Positions 38,224-51,800 of a stretch of DNA of 64,000 nt are shown here, in pieces. The DNA comes from Macrostomum lignano (taxonomy: Eukaryota). A program made the position numbers and the translations under genes. A model generated the notes under the pieces. The model searched no databases. It was not told where the DNA came from and saw only the letters and a list, made by a program, of their open reading frames with translations. Positions within the stretch are counted from its first letter, which is position 1. Every line of letters begins with the position of its first letter. The DNA lies in contig NIVC01000568.1 in NCBI GenBank assembly GCA_002269645.1, positions 186,001 through 250,000 of the forward strand, in the 5' to 3' direction.

Positions 38224-40318
38224 ATGACGCCGATCGACTCCTCGGAGGTGGACCAATCGCCACCGACGCCGCCGCCGTCGCAGCCACCGCCGCTGGCCAA
38301 ACGTTTACTTGGCGGCTTCTTCGAGTACAAACTGCAGAAGGTGGTGGTGGTGCGCAGCGTCCGCTACGGCCTGTTCTACCGCGGCGTGCAGCTGTCGGTC
38401 ATCGTGTACTTTCTATTCTACATCATCTGGCACAAGAAGGGCTACCAAGCCAAGGAGCCGCCGTTCGGCGGGGTGGTGTTCAAGGTCAAGGGCTTGGACT
38501 TTGTCAACCGGACAGACGCGGACCCCGCCTACGGAGCGCGCGTCTGGGACGCCGCGGACGTCATCACGCCGCCGGTGATGAACGGGGCGGTGTTCATCAC
38601 CACGAGCGCCGCGGTGGCCGGGCGCCAGGCCATGACAGTCTGTCCGGAGGGCAGCGGCGGCGGCGGCCGTAACTGCAGCCGACACTCGGACTGTCCGGCC
38701 GGGAGCCTCGGGTCGCGAGGACGTCGGACAGGAGAGTGCGACCCGGCCACCGGCAGCTGTCTGAGCTACGGCTGGTGTCCGAGTCCGGACTGGACGGACG
38801 GCGCAGTGGCGGCCGGCGCAGCCGGGTACACCCTGACCAGGGTCGGCCAGTTCACCATTCAAGTGAAAAACAGCGTCGATTTCCGTCAGCTGGGCCGGCG
38901 CCGGCGCAACATCCTGGAGTGGATGACGGCGGACTACCTGGCCAGCTGCAGGTACACGCCCGGCCACGCCAACCTGAGCTACTGTCCGGTGTTCCGCCTG
39001 GCCGACATCCTCACCTTGGCCGGCTGCGACCATGACGACGTGCTCCGGTCGGGCGGCGCCTTTGCCATCGACATCAGCTGGCGGTGCAACTTCGACCTGG
39101 CCGAGGAGCTGTGCCAGCCGGAGTACCGATTCCGCGAAGTGGCCGAAGGCGACGGCTACGTGGTTGAGTACGCGCACAAGTACCAGGTGAGCGGGGCGGA
39201 ACTGTCATGAACTCACTAATGAACTCACTAATGAACTCACTAATGAACTCACTCATGAACTCACTCATGAACTTACTCATGAACTTACTCATGAACTCAG
39301 TCATGAACTCACTCATGAACTGTCATAAACTCACTCATGAACTCACTAATGAACTCACTAATGAACTCAGTCATGAACTCAGTCATGAACTCAGTCATGA
39401 ACTCAGTCATGAACTCAGTCATGAGGTCACTCATGAAGTCACTCGTGAATTCATGCTGGCGTCATTCACGAACTGACCTCACTCAGCGGCTGCGCTCGCT
39501 TATCTGATTAGGGCTTTTAGTGCGATCGGCTTGAGTGCTCTGCCTGATAGGAGAACAGGCCATTGCCGCTGTACACCCCGGGTGAATGAGTGCTTGAGGT
39601 ACTTTATGAGTTCGCGAGCCTTTGGGTTTGTCAGTTCATGAGTTCATGACATGAGCGAGTTCATGAGTTCATAACGTTCAAAATTGGGTTACATACCCGT
39701 TTGGCAGATGCTTGCCTACCCCTAATGCCTTGATCTGTGACTCATTATCTAAAAATCCTGACACCCCCTGTCCCCCCCCCCCAGGTGGACGGCCAGCCGC
39801 GCCGCATGCTGATCCGGGCTCGCGGCGTGAAGATCTCGGTCACAGTGTCCGGCGAAGGCGGCCAGTTCAGCTTCTACTGCCTGTCGATGAACCTGGGCAG
39901 CGGCCTGGCCCTGTTCGGCCTGTCCTCCATGCTGTGCGACGCCGTGCTGCTCCGCCTGTCTGCCGGCAGCAGCCTGCAGTCCGACCTCAACGCCGCTCGC
40001 GTCGACTTCTGCGAGCCGGAGCGTCGGGTGGCTTGGCGCCGCAAGCTCAGCCGGCGTCTCGCTCGCGCCAAGCGCCGGCGCCGGATTCGGCGCCTACTGT
40101 TGCGTCGGTTCTGCTGTGGCCGAGGCGGAGGTCGCGGCGACGGCGCCAACAGCGACAGCGACAGCGGCAGCGGCATCGCTCCGACGGTGCCACTGGGCGC
40201 GGAACGGCCAGTCCTGCTTCTCATACAGCAGCAGCAGCCGACTGTCGCGGACGACTCCGACCCGGACGAAGCTGCTCAACTCGCGCCTATCGCTCCGGCT
40301 GAGACGCCCGGCTTGTAG
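38224..40318 (+). CDS. P2RX: Divergent P2X purinoceptor (ligand-gated ion channel); exons 38224-39186, 39785-40318
   Basis: FFEY..KVVVV, TM1, KVKG, WDAAD, all ten ectodomain Cys (CPEG..C..C..C..C..WCP; CRY..YCPVF; WRCNFD..C), GSGLALFG..LCD TM2; phase-0 intron. Confidence 0.92.
39207..39450. repeat. 12-bp minisatellite (ATGAACTCACTA/C) in P2X intron
   Basis: Starts 20 nt after the donor. Confidence 0.93.
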
Positions 40319-42041
40319 CTCAGAAACTGAGAGCTTTGGCTTGCTTGACAGAAGAACCCTGCGTACTTTGCAGAATTTCTGGCTAAGCTAAATGCGATGT
40401 TACTACGTACATAGCATTTAACCGGTAGGCCGGTAGGCTACTGCAGCAGTCCCGTCACCCCGCCATAGTCCATATTTGCTTGCACTCGGCAGCTGCAAAC
40501 AGATTTGATGCCGATTTTTCCCAATCCAAAGGCTATACATTAATCCGATGGTAATTCGAACTGTCACTCGGATGAAGAGCTCGGATTGCTGCAGCCGAGC
40601 AAGTGCTGGCCATGGCCACTCTCCCGTGAGCAGCTGTCCACACATTCTGTCCCATCATGCCCCTCTCCCCTCCCTTGTGTAGCGATTGCCTCCAGCGACA
40701 CAGCCCAGACTCAAGGCACAAATAATGTGCTGTTGATAAGATCCGCCGGCCAGCAGCGGCGTGTCCGCGCTTAGCGAGCGAGCTATAAATAAACCCTACA
40801 ATTATTCGTATTGCGCTGCCGCATTTTGGGTAGCGCTAAGCGCAGATTTAATCGCGTCAAACCCCTCTGTCTGGATAGATTAGATTATTATGTAGCAGCA
40901 ACTTGCTGAACCCGACACTCTGCCGCCTGTAGAAGCCAGACGGGAGATATCGATTTTGCCAAGTGTAGAGGCGGGATCCCTGGCTTAGCCAAGGACACCT
41001 CCAACATAGAATCTGGACTGGAAACCCCCTCATTTCCAAACTTCATACAATAACTTCTTGTCACCGTAAATTAAAAATCGATACAGCATGACTTCATTTG
41101 ACCTCTAGATGGTTCCCTTATAGCAATAATCTCAAATGCCAGGACAGTGTCCCTATGCCCCGACTGAACATAGCTCGTACAATATGCATGTACTACAATA
41201 GCCCTAATTGTTTAGTGTCCGAAAGTGAGTGTTGTTCAGAGGAGGCCTTGACTACTCCAGATTCTGTTGTAAAAGGTTCCCCTGACCCAGCACCAGATCT
41301 CAAAGTCGACCGAGGCGTGCTTGGGGCGGTCGCATTGTGCGCGTTGACCAGATGTGGCCGCGCACTGCACACACAGCAGTTGGCGCCAGATCTAGGATTA
41401 CCCCGATCCCCCTACTGGAATGCGTTGATTTTTGCACACCAATGCTAGTATTTTTGCTGCTCACTTTAACAATTGAAGTGCAGTAAAAATATCTCCTGGA
41501 GAAAGCTAACGTACAAGAGCTCCTACTCACGCATGTCATCTTATCTTCTGAAGTTGCCGGGTTGCGAATGAAGCAATCTTGTGTCCGAATATGATTGAAT
41601 TTTGACCAGCTAAAGTAAAAACTGCTCCGTCTCAGAATAGTGTACTTCTATCTACGTAAATTCTCTCGGAACTGTTGATTCTTTGCATCAACCACTGGCA
41701 ACCCTCAAAGTTGATATTTGAAGCAGTAAGTCTTTGGCACATTACTGTGACACTCAAGTAACTCAAGCCAGCAGGTAGTACTTGCTACTTTCGCACTCAG
41801 GTCGCCCAATAGGTGCAGAATAGACGACACTGATCCGAAAATCATTAAACTGCCCGCGCACTTCAAGACAGATCGCAGCTTTAACCTCTCAGGAGCCCAG
41901 CCGTTCAGTAATTCTATGAAAATTGACAGCTGACAAACCGCATTGATTGCTGGGCTAGCTCACGGACTGCTCAGGAAATTGATTGGCAACTGTGCAGCCA
42001 CACAGGTTTTGGCTTGGTTCCAGGTGGTGAGACTCGCATTT

Positions 42042-43700
42042 AGAGAGCAGGGCTGGGACTCAGAGAGCAGGGCTGGGACTCAGAGAGCAGGGCTGGGACT
42101 CAGAGAGCAGGGCTGGGACTCAGAGAGCAGGGCTGGGACTCAGAGAGCAGGGCTGGGACTCAGAGAGCAGGGCTGGGACTCAGAGAGCAGGGCTGGGACT
42201 CAGAGAGCAGGGCTGGGACTCAGAGAGCAGGGCTGGGACTCAGAGAGCAGGGCTGGGACTCAGAGAGCAGGATTGGGACTCAGAGAGCAGGGCTGGGACT
42301 CAGAGAGCAGGGCTGGGACTCAGAGAGCAGGGCTGGGACTCAGAGAGCAGGGCTGGGACTCAGAGAGCAGGATTGGGACTCAGAGAGCAGGGCTGGGACT
42401 CAGAGAGCAGGGCTGGGACTCAGAGAGCAGGGCTGGGACTCAGAGAGCAGGGCTGGGACTCAGAGAGCAGGGCTGGGACTCAGAGAGCAGGGCTGGGACT
42501 CAGAGAGCAGGGCTGGGACTCAGAGAGCAGGATTGGGACTCAGAGAGCAGGGCTGGGACTCAGAGAGCAGGATTGGGACTCAGAGAGCAGGGCTGGGACT
42601 CAGAGAGCAGGATTGGGACTCAGAGAGCAGGGCTGGGACTCAGAGAGCAGGATTGGGACTCAGAGAGCAGGATTGGGACTCAGAGAGCAGGGCTGGGACT
42701 CAGAGAGCAGGATTGGGACTCAGAGAGCAGGATTGGGACTCAGAGAGCAGGATTGGGACTCAGAGAGCAGGATTGGGACTCAGAGAGCAGGATTGGGACT
42801 CAGAGAGCAGGGCTGGGACTCAGAGAGCAGGATTGGGACTCAGAGAGCAGGATTGGGACTCAGAGAGCAGGATTGGGACTCAGAGAGCAGGGCTGGGACT
42901 CAGAGAGCAGGGCTGGGACTCAGAGAGCAGGATTGGGACTCAGAGAGCAGGGCTGGGACTCAGAGAGCAGGGCTGGGACTCAGAGAGCAGGGCTGGGACT
43001 CAGAGAGCAGGGCTGGGACTCAGAGAGCAGGATTGGGACTCAGAGAGCAGGGCTGGGACTCAGAGAGCAGGATTGGGACTCAGAGAGCAGGATTGGGACT
43101 CAGAGAGCAGGATTGGGACTCAGAGAGCAGGGCTGGGACTCAGAGAGCAGGATTGGGACTCAGAGAGCAGGGCTGGGACTCAGAGAGCAGGATTGGGACT
43201 CAGAGAGCAGGATTGGGACTCAGAGAGCAGGGCTGGGACTCAGAGAGCAGGATTGGGACTCAGAGAGCAGGATTGGGACTCAGAGAGCAGGATTGGGACT
43301 CAGAGAGCAGGGCTGGGACTCAGAGAGCAGGGCTGGGACTCAGAGAGCAGGATTGGGACTCAGAGAGCAGGGCTGGGACTCAGAGAGCAGGATTGGGACT
43401 CAGAGAGCAGGATTGGGACTCAGAGAGCAGGATTGGGACTCAGAGAGCAGGATTGGGACTCAGAGAGCAGGATTGGGACTCAGAGAGCAGGATTGGGACT
43501 CAGAGAGCAGGGCTGGGACTCAGAGAGCAGGATTGGGACTCAGAGAGCAGGATTGGGACTCAGAGAGCAGGGCTGGGACTCAGAGAGCAGGATTGGGACT
43601 CAGAGAGCAGGATTGGGACTCAGAGAGCAGGATTGGGACTCAGAGAGCAGGATTGGGACTCAGAGAGCAGGGCTGGGACTCAGAGAGCAGGATTGGGACT
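42042..43700. repeat. 20-bp minisatellite (CAGAGAGCAGG[GC/AT]TGGGACT), roughly 83 copies of two variants
   Basis: Exact 20-bp periodicity; explains three long ORFs. Confidence 0.98.
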
Positions 43701-44156
43701 TAGAGAACAGGGCAGGACACATCTTAATCATTCTGTACGCTCAAACTGACAAAAATGTTGGCTGTCAACTTTATTATCACATCAAATCAATCAGTTTTGG
43801 CCACTGATTTGCAATGCAATCCGAAGTTTCGCCAGGGAAAAGTCACGAATGAGCCAAGGCCTCAACAGAGCAATCTATCAAAATTACGCATGTCAGCGAG
43901 TTCCGCAGTCAGGTCAGATCTGGCCAGATCAGGTCACTCCCCGACTGATTGGTCGGCACTATGTATAATTGCCTTAGTCATCATTGGGAGTGAAATTAAT
44001 TTAGACACAAATGACAAAAATTCATAATTTTTTTCAATCCAGTGTCAAAGCTCACAGGCTGTCTGTGTGTATTTGTTATTACAACTAATAAAGTTTGCTT
44101 GACAATCGCGGGCACACGAAACAGGCAAATAGAAATGTTTAGCATGGCCGGACAGC

Positions 44157-44493
44157 TCAGTTCTCCGCCGCGTCAGCCTCGGTGTACTTGCCCTTCTCGG
44201 CGCCGCGCAGTCTGCCGCGGGCCTTCCGGTCCAGCAGGTCCTTGCGGTTGCGGTCCAGCTTCAGCTTGGTGATGGCCACCTGGCAGCGGGAGGGGGGGGG
44301 GCAGACGGCTGACTGACTGACTGTCTGTCTGTATCTATCTGTCCGTCTGTCTGCCTGTCGTTGTCTATCTGTCTCTCTGTGTATCTGTCTTAGTGTCTGT
44401 CTGTCTCTCTGTCTGTCTGTCTGTCTTAGTGTCTGTCTGTCTCTCTGTCTGTCTGTCTTTCTCTCTGTATGTGTGTCTGTATGTGTGTCTGTC

Positions 44494-44564
<71 letters not shown>

Positions 44565-44617
44565 GCCTGTCGTTGTCTATCTGTCTGCCTGTCTGTGTAT
44601 CTGTCTTAGTGTCTTAG

Positions 44618-44681
<64 letters not shown>

Positions 44682-44749
44682 GTTGTCTATCTGTCTGTAT
44701 CTATCTTTCCGTCTGTCTGCCTGTCGTTTTCTATCTGTCTGTCTGTCTC

Positions 44750-44820
<71 letters not shown>

Positions 44821-45970
44821 ACCTGTGTGTGCACAATAGCAACACAAAAAAGAGAACCTCCACAGTCGCAGTGTGAATAGCATTATTTTTCGGAACTTGC
44901 CACTATATATTCTGTTTCCTAGCATACTGGGCAAAGTCCGTGTTGTCGAATTTCTGGAATTGTTTGAAGGCTTTTGCCCATCATCCAACCAGCCCCCACC
45001 TCTCCAGCTTCCAGCAGGTAGGCAAGCGGAGCCACAGTCGAGTGTCAGAAAGAGACAAACAGAGGGCTTAAGAAAAACACACATACATATACAAAAGCAC
45101 TACAGCAGGGTCAGCATTCAGTGTGAAAGTAATGTATTAATTTTGCGCCTATGCCTGATAACGCAGCAGACATAGAATTTACACACTAGTCCAAAGTCAA
45201 TATACAAACACAAGTCAAGTGCATACTGTAGTACTGCATATACATATTCTTACACACTAGTACAATTAATATACTGCTAATACGATTTCTAGGCAATCAA
45301 TTTGACCCAGCTGAAGCGTAGTAAGGCGGGACTAGATGAGGAACGAGATGGGGGAGAAGGGCAAGGAGAAGGTACTTACTTTGTCAGTCTGATCAATGTA
45401 TTTAGAAATTAGCACTGATGCCCTAGCCTGACTGACAGAGAAAATGATAGACCAGAGGGGCGCCTTGAGAGAAAATGGATATGGGCGCGATCACATTAGG
45501 AAGGGATGAGAAGTGAGAGTAGAGATGACACGCAAGAGTAGAAGGAAGAAGTGAGTAGAGATGACACGCAAGAGTAGAGATGACAAGTGAGAGTAGAGAT
45601 GACACGCAAGAGTAGAAGGGAGAACAGACATAAAAATACACCAACAGAGCGGCGAGCTCACCTTGCTGGGGTGCAGGTTAACGTAGACAGTGGCGCCGTT
45701 AGCTTTTTCCCGCTGGATTCGCTCCACATGGATGACGTATTTGGAGCGGTAGACGGCCACGACCTTGCCAGTCTGGCTGCCCTTGTGGTGACCCCGGACC
45801 AGCTGGACTTCGTCGTCCTTGCGAATCGGCATGGAGCGGACATTGTATTTGGAGCGCAGCTCCTTGGACAGGGGGGCGGACATCAGCTTGCGGCGAATGT
45901 GCGACGGGGCGTTGAAATAGCGCTGCCGATTCTTGCGCTTCGAGCTGGTGACGTTCTTGTTGAACTTCAT
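44157..45970 (-). CDS. RPL26: 60S ribosomal protein L26 (uL24), 143 aa; exons 45970-45662, 44279-44157
   Basis: [57 protein letters not shown]|[16 protein letters not shown]. Confidence 0.97.
44310..44825. repeat. (TCTG)n microsatellite in RPL26 intron
   Basis: Direct reading. Confidence 0.95.
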
Positions 45971-46019
45971 GATGACCTGCCTGCCTGCCGCTAGCTGAGC
46001 TGCGGGTGCACACAGATTT

Positions 46020-47690
46020 TATGGGTGAATAGAGGGCGATTCTATGGGTGAATAGAGGGCGATTCTATGGGTGAATAGAGGGCGATTCTATGGGCGAATA
46101 GAGGGCGATTCTATGTGTGAGTAGAGGGCGATTCTATGATTGATTAGAGGGCGATTCTATGGGTGAGTAGAGGGCGATTCTATGATTGATTAGAGGGCGA
46201 TTCTATGTGTGAGTAGAGGGCGATTCTATGATTGATTAGAGGGCGATTCTATGGGTGAGTAGAGGGCGATTCTATGATTGATTAGAGGGCGATTCTATGG
46301 GTGAGTAGAGGGCGATTCTATGATTGATTAGAGGGCGATTCTATGTGTGAGTAGAGGGCGATTCTATGATTGATTAGAGGGCGATTCTATGGGTGAGTAG
46401 AGGGCGATTCTATGATTGATTAGAGGGCGATTCTATGTGTGAGTAGAGGGCGATTCTATGATTGATTAGAGGGCGATTCTATGGGTGAATAGAGGGCGAT
46501 TCTATGGGCGAATAGAGGGCGATTCTATGGGCGAATAGAGGGCGATTCTATGATTGATTAGAGGGCGATTCTATGTGTGAGTAGAGGGCGATTCTATGAT
46601 TGATTAGAGGGCGATTCTATGTGTGAGTAGAGGGCGATTCTATGATTGATTAGAGGGCGATTCTATGGGTGAATAGAGGGCGATTCTATGGGTGAATAGA
46701 GGGCGATTCTATGGGTGAATAGAGGGCGATTCTATGTGTGAGTAGAGGGCGATTCTATGATTGATTAGAGGGCGATTCTATGTGTGAGTAGAGGGCGATT
46801 CTATGATTGATTAGAGGGCGATTCTATGGGTGAGTAGAGGGCGATTCTATGATTGATTAGAGGGCGATTCTATGTGTGAGTAGAGGGCGATTCTATGATT
46901 GATTAGAGGGCGATTCTATGGGTGAATAGAGGGCGATTCTATGGGTGAATAGAGGGCGATTCTATGATTGATTAGAGGGCGATTCTATGGGTGAATAGAG
47001 GGCGATTCTATGGGTGAATAGAGGGCGATTCTATGGGTGAATAGAGGGCGATTCTATGGGTGAATAGAGGGCGATTCTATGGGTGATTAGAGGGCGATTC
47101 TATGGGTGAATAGAGGGCGATTCTATGGGTGAATAGAGGGCGATTCTATGGGTGAATAGAGGGCGATTCTATGGGTGAATAGAGGGCGATTCTATGGGCG
47201 AATAGAGGGCGATTCTATGGGTGAATAGAGGGCGATTCTATGGGTGAATAGAGGGCGATTCTATGGGCGAATAGAGGGCGATTCTATGGGTGAATAGAGG
47301 GCGATTCTATGGGTGAATAGAGGGCGATTCTATGGGCGAATAGAGGGCGATTCTATGGGCGAATAGAGGGCGATTCTATGGGTGAATAGAGGGCGATTCT
47401 ATGGATGATTAGAGGGCGATTCTATGGGCGAATAGAGGGCGATTCTATGGGCGAATAGAGGGCGATTCTATGATTGATTAGAGGGCGATTCTATGTGTGA
47501 GTAGAGGGCGATTCTATGATTGATTAGAGGGCGATTCTATGGGTGAGTAGAGGGCGATTCTATGATTGATTAGAGGGCGATTCTATGGGCGAATAGAGGG
47601 CGATTCTTTGGGTAAATAAACGGCGATTCTATGGTGAATAGAGGGCGATTCTATGGGTGAATAGAGGGCGATTCTATGGGTGAATAGTGG
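46020..47690. repeat. 23-bp minisatellite (AGAGGGCGATTCTATGGGTGAAT), roughly 70 copies, upstream of the RPL26 acceptor
   Basis: Tandem periodicity, with alternating variants in the first half. Confidence 0.97.
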
Positions 47691-48349
47691 GCAATTTAAA
47701 GTACAGTGAGATTATTATTTTTGGTGTTCCAAAACGACAAGAGGAGCAGTTCAAACACGTCAAACGCGCATTGGCATCAAAAACAATATATATTTGCATA
47801 GATTAACAGTCTATATATAATCGACAATACAACCATACGGTACCTAATGAAAATGTTTCGCCTCGATCAGAAATCTCAGAAAAATTGACAAATATTGTAG
47901 CAACTTTAAACAACAGTAACACGCAAGAAAGGAACAGGTACACTGATCAAACAAAAGCAATTTCAAATTGAAGGAATTAAAAACATATTTAGGCAACGAA
48001 AGCAGTAAGTCACTGCATGCACAAGAGCAACTGGAGCCAAACCAAACACCCGCTGGTCTGAAATTCTGCTTTCGAGTATTGGGTGGCAACCAGGTAAGTA
48101 AATGATTAATGAGTAAGTGTAATATTTGACAAGATTAGCCGTACATTAAACATGTATGACCCTGAATATAGATGGATGTGCAATCATTGGATTGACAATC
48201 ATTAAATAAAAGCAAAACAAATGTCATTGCCAGCCACCGCAGAGTATTGGTGCAGAGGTTTAATACCACAGGAGAGTAAGGAGAACCGATTGAACTAAGC
48301 CATGGGTAATTAACACTGCATCTGCAGTACTGTTCGATATAATGCTTTT

Positions 48350-48650
48350 CAACACTCAATTTGATGCGTAAACACTCAATTTGATGCATAAACACCCTAT
48401 TTGATTCTTGAACACCCAATTTGATTCTTAAACACCCAATTTGATTCTTAAACACCCATTTTGATTCTTAAACACCCAATTTGATGCATAAACACCCGAT
48501 TTGATTCTTAAACACCCAATTTGATTCCTCAACACCCAATTTGATTCTTAAACACCCAATTTGATTCTTAGACACAAAATTTCATGCTTAAACAACAATT
48601 TTGATTCTTAAACACGCATTTTGATTCTTAAACACCCAAGTTGACGCTTA
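48350..48650. repeat. 20-bp minisatellite (TTGATTCTTAAACACCCAAT)
   Basis: Tandem periodicity. Confidence 0.93.
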
Positions 48651-48796
48651 AACAATTTAATAATAAAATAATTGTGACTACAATAGATACAAGAACCCGG
48701 AGCAAAGCAAATCAATACATAATTAGCATAATTAATCTATGCAGGCACACACGAATAGCTAAATGACTATATATGACTTACACAGAGACAAAGGGC

Positions 48797-48802
48797 TTTA
48801 TT
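48797..48802 (-). terminator. Candidate USO1 polyadenylation signal AATAAA
   Basis: TTTATT on +, about 70 nt past the stop codon. Confidence 0.5.
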
Positions 48803-48874
48803 AACTGACACACCGCATTCCCTCAAGATTTGGTAAGCTTATATAGAAATGGAAAGTGGCGTCTTATCCGCAGC

Positions 48875-51800
48875 TCAATTATCCTCGTACTCTGCACCAT
48901 CGCTGCCCTCTTCAAGATCGACGGGCTCGTCGTCCTCTTCGTCAACTTTGCCGCCCAGACTTTTCACCTGTTCACGGAGAGCCTCCAGCTTGGAGTCTTG
49001 GTCGCTAAGCAACACTAAGAGGTCTTCGTTCTCAGATTTGAGATTGTCGCGCTCGCTAGTGAGCTCATCTAGCTGCTGCTTGAGCTCCTGAGTATCCTCC
49101 GGCTGCTGCTGTTGTGCCAGCTCGCTTCGGAGCTGGTCCCGCTCGGCCTCGATCACCAGCAGCTCGTCAATGCGCCGCTGAAGGCTGTCGCGTAGAGCCG
49201 ACAGCTTGGCCACCTCAGCTACCTGCTCTTCCAGCTCCGCGATGCGCTCCCGGTATTGGGCGTTCTCCAGCTTCACCTGGGCGAGGCGTGATTCAGGTCT
49301 GCCGTGACATGCTTCAGGTGACATGCTTCATGAAGTGACTCAGATCTAGGATGATGGAGTGACTCAGGTCTAGGATGATGGAGTGACTCAGGTCTAGGAT
49401 GATGGAGTGACTCAGGTCTAGGATGATGGAGTGACTCAGGTCTAGGATGATGGAGTGACTCTGGTCTAGGATGATGGAGTGACTCAGGTCTAGGATGATG
49501 GAGTGACTCAGGTCTAGGATGATGGAGTGACTCAGGTCTAGGATGATGGAGTGACTCAGGTCTAGGATGATGGAGTGACTCTGGTCTAGGATGATGGAGT
49601 GACTCAGGTCTAGGATGATGGAGTGACTCAGGTCTAGGATGATGGAGTGACTCAGGTCTAGGATGATGGAGTGACTCAGGTCTAGGATGATGGAGTGACT
49701 CAGGTCTAGGATGATGGAGTGACTCAGGTCTAGGATGATGGAGTGACTCAGGTCTAGGTTGAGGCTGTTTAGGTCTAGTGGTGGGAAGGCTCATGCAAGA
49801 GATAAAAAGGATAACATTAGCTGAAGACCGGCTCACAAAGTACACAATGCCCCAATCAATACTGCATACCTGATCGTAGTCGTCGGGAAAATAGGCGGTT
49901 GCGGCTTCGACAACGGAGCCACCCGAGGAGCCTGCGGCGGCCGGAGAAGGCGATGACTTTCTCACAGTGTCCAGCTCGGCCCGCAGGTGAGATAGCTCAG
50001 TCTCCCTAGCTGCCAGCTGATCCCGCAGCTGCTGCACCAGCGATGATGAAGAGTCTGACGTCTGTTGGCCAACTTGGTCCAAGCCGGACGGCATTGACGA
50101 GCTGGCGGTTGACGCCGAGGCGGCGACGGAGGCGACAGCCGGGGCCAGGCCGGAGCGGCCAGACGCCGCCGCCTTCAACACGGTGTTCTGATCGCGCAGG
50201 CTGCGTACAGTCTCTTCCAAGCTGGCCTTCTCTCTCGTCAACTGTTCGCTGCCGGCTTGCAAGGCGTCGAATCGAGTTTTTAATTCCCTATAGCGGGAGT
50301 CTTGCTCCTTGATGAGGTCTTTGTACTGGGTGACGACGGCTTCGTGCTCGGTGAACTGCTGTGCGAGTCCGCCTGTCCCGGACCCACCAGAGCCGCCCGT
50401 TGCGCCCAGAGCCCTGGCAATTTCGGGCTCGGCCGATTTGAACATCCGGCTAAACTCGTAGTCCAGGCTGGGCTGCGAGGGCGGCTGCGGCGACTTCAGT
50501 GACTTCACAAACACCTGTGAAGGGGAGGTGGTTGGAGCGGCTGGCCTGGCTTGCTGCAGACTGGGGGGGGGGCTGGGAACTGCTGAGTATGGGGGCGATA
50601 GCCTAGTGTGACAGCCCAGTAGGAGAAGCTGTGGTGTGAGATATTCTACTGAGATTGTGTGACAGTACTGGGGATATGGTGTGACAGTACTGGGGAGATG
50701 GTGTGACAGCACTGGGTAGATGGTGTGACAGAACTGGGGAGATGGTGTGACAGCACTGGGGAGATGGTGTGACAGCACTGGGGAGATGGTGTGACAGCAC
50801 TGGGAGATGGTGTGACAGCACTGGGGAGATGGTGTGACAGCACTGGGTAGATGGTGTGACAGCATTGGGGAGATAGTATGACAGTATTGGGGAGATAGTA
50901 TGACAGCACTGGGGACATAGCGCGCACTCACCTCAGACTTGGACAATTTGCCCAGACACTCGAGAAACGGCTCGGCTCCGACACGTCTCTCAACCAGGGC
51001 CATGAGGTCCGTGTGCCCGGCCAGAAAGCACGCGCCTAATAGGTAAGCGTAGAGCGCCTTCACTAGGCCTTCCTCTTCTGTGTGGTCGGAGCCCTGCAGC
51101 TCGGCTAGGGCTTGGTTGACGTTGCTGGCGCAATTGAGAAACGCCTTGGTTACTAGGGGGCACTGGGTGAGCCAGCCGCCCAGTAGTTGAAGTAGGCCCA
51201 GCTTGCATCTGGAGAGTGGACAATGTTGCGATTGCAAAGAGCTGTGTGGCACTGCGACTGAGGATCTGGCAGGGTAGCGGCGTCCTAGCAACTGGGGAGC
51301 TGGCAGGGTAGCGGCGCCCTAGCAACTGGGGATCTGGCAGGGTAGCGGTGACCTAGCAACTGGGGATCTGGCAGGGTAGCGGTGACCTAGCAACTGGGGA
51401 TCTGGCAGGGTAGCGGTGACCTAGCAACTGGGGATCTGGCAGGGTAGCGGTGACCTAGCAACTGGGGATCTGGCAGGGTAGCGGCGCCCTAGCAACTGGG
51501 GATCTGGCAGGGTAGCGGTGACCTAGCAACTGGGGATCTGGCAGGGTAGCGGTGACCTAGCAACTGGGGAGCTGGCAGGGTAGCGGTGACCTAGCAACTG
51601 GGGATCTGGCAGGGTAGCGGTGACCTAGCAACTGGGGATCTGGCAGGGTAGCGGTGACCTAGCAACTGGGGATCTGGCAGGGTAGCGGTGACCTAGCAAC
51701 TGGGGATCTGGCAGGGTAGCGGTGACCTAGCAACTGGGGATCTGGCAGGGAAGCGGTGACCTAGCAACTGGGGATCTGGCAGGGTAGCGGTGACCTAGCA

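Noticed and set aside
41160-41950. Possible chain of short minus-strand exons (several gtgag donors and ttccag/tttag acceptors)
   Set aside because: I could not assemble a consistent open frame across the junctions and recognised no family; needs RNA-seq.
49273-51291. 672-aa single ORF
   Set aside because: Read-through of USO1 exons 5-6 and repeat-filled introns that lack stops.
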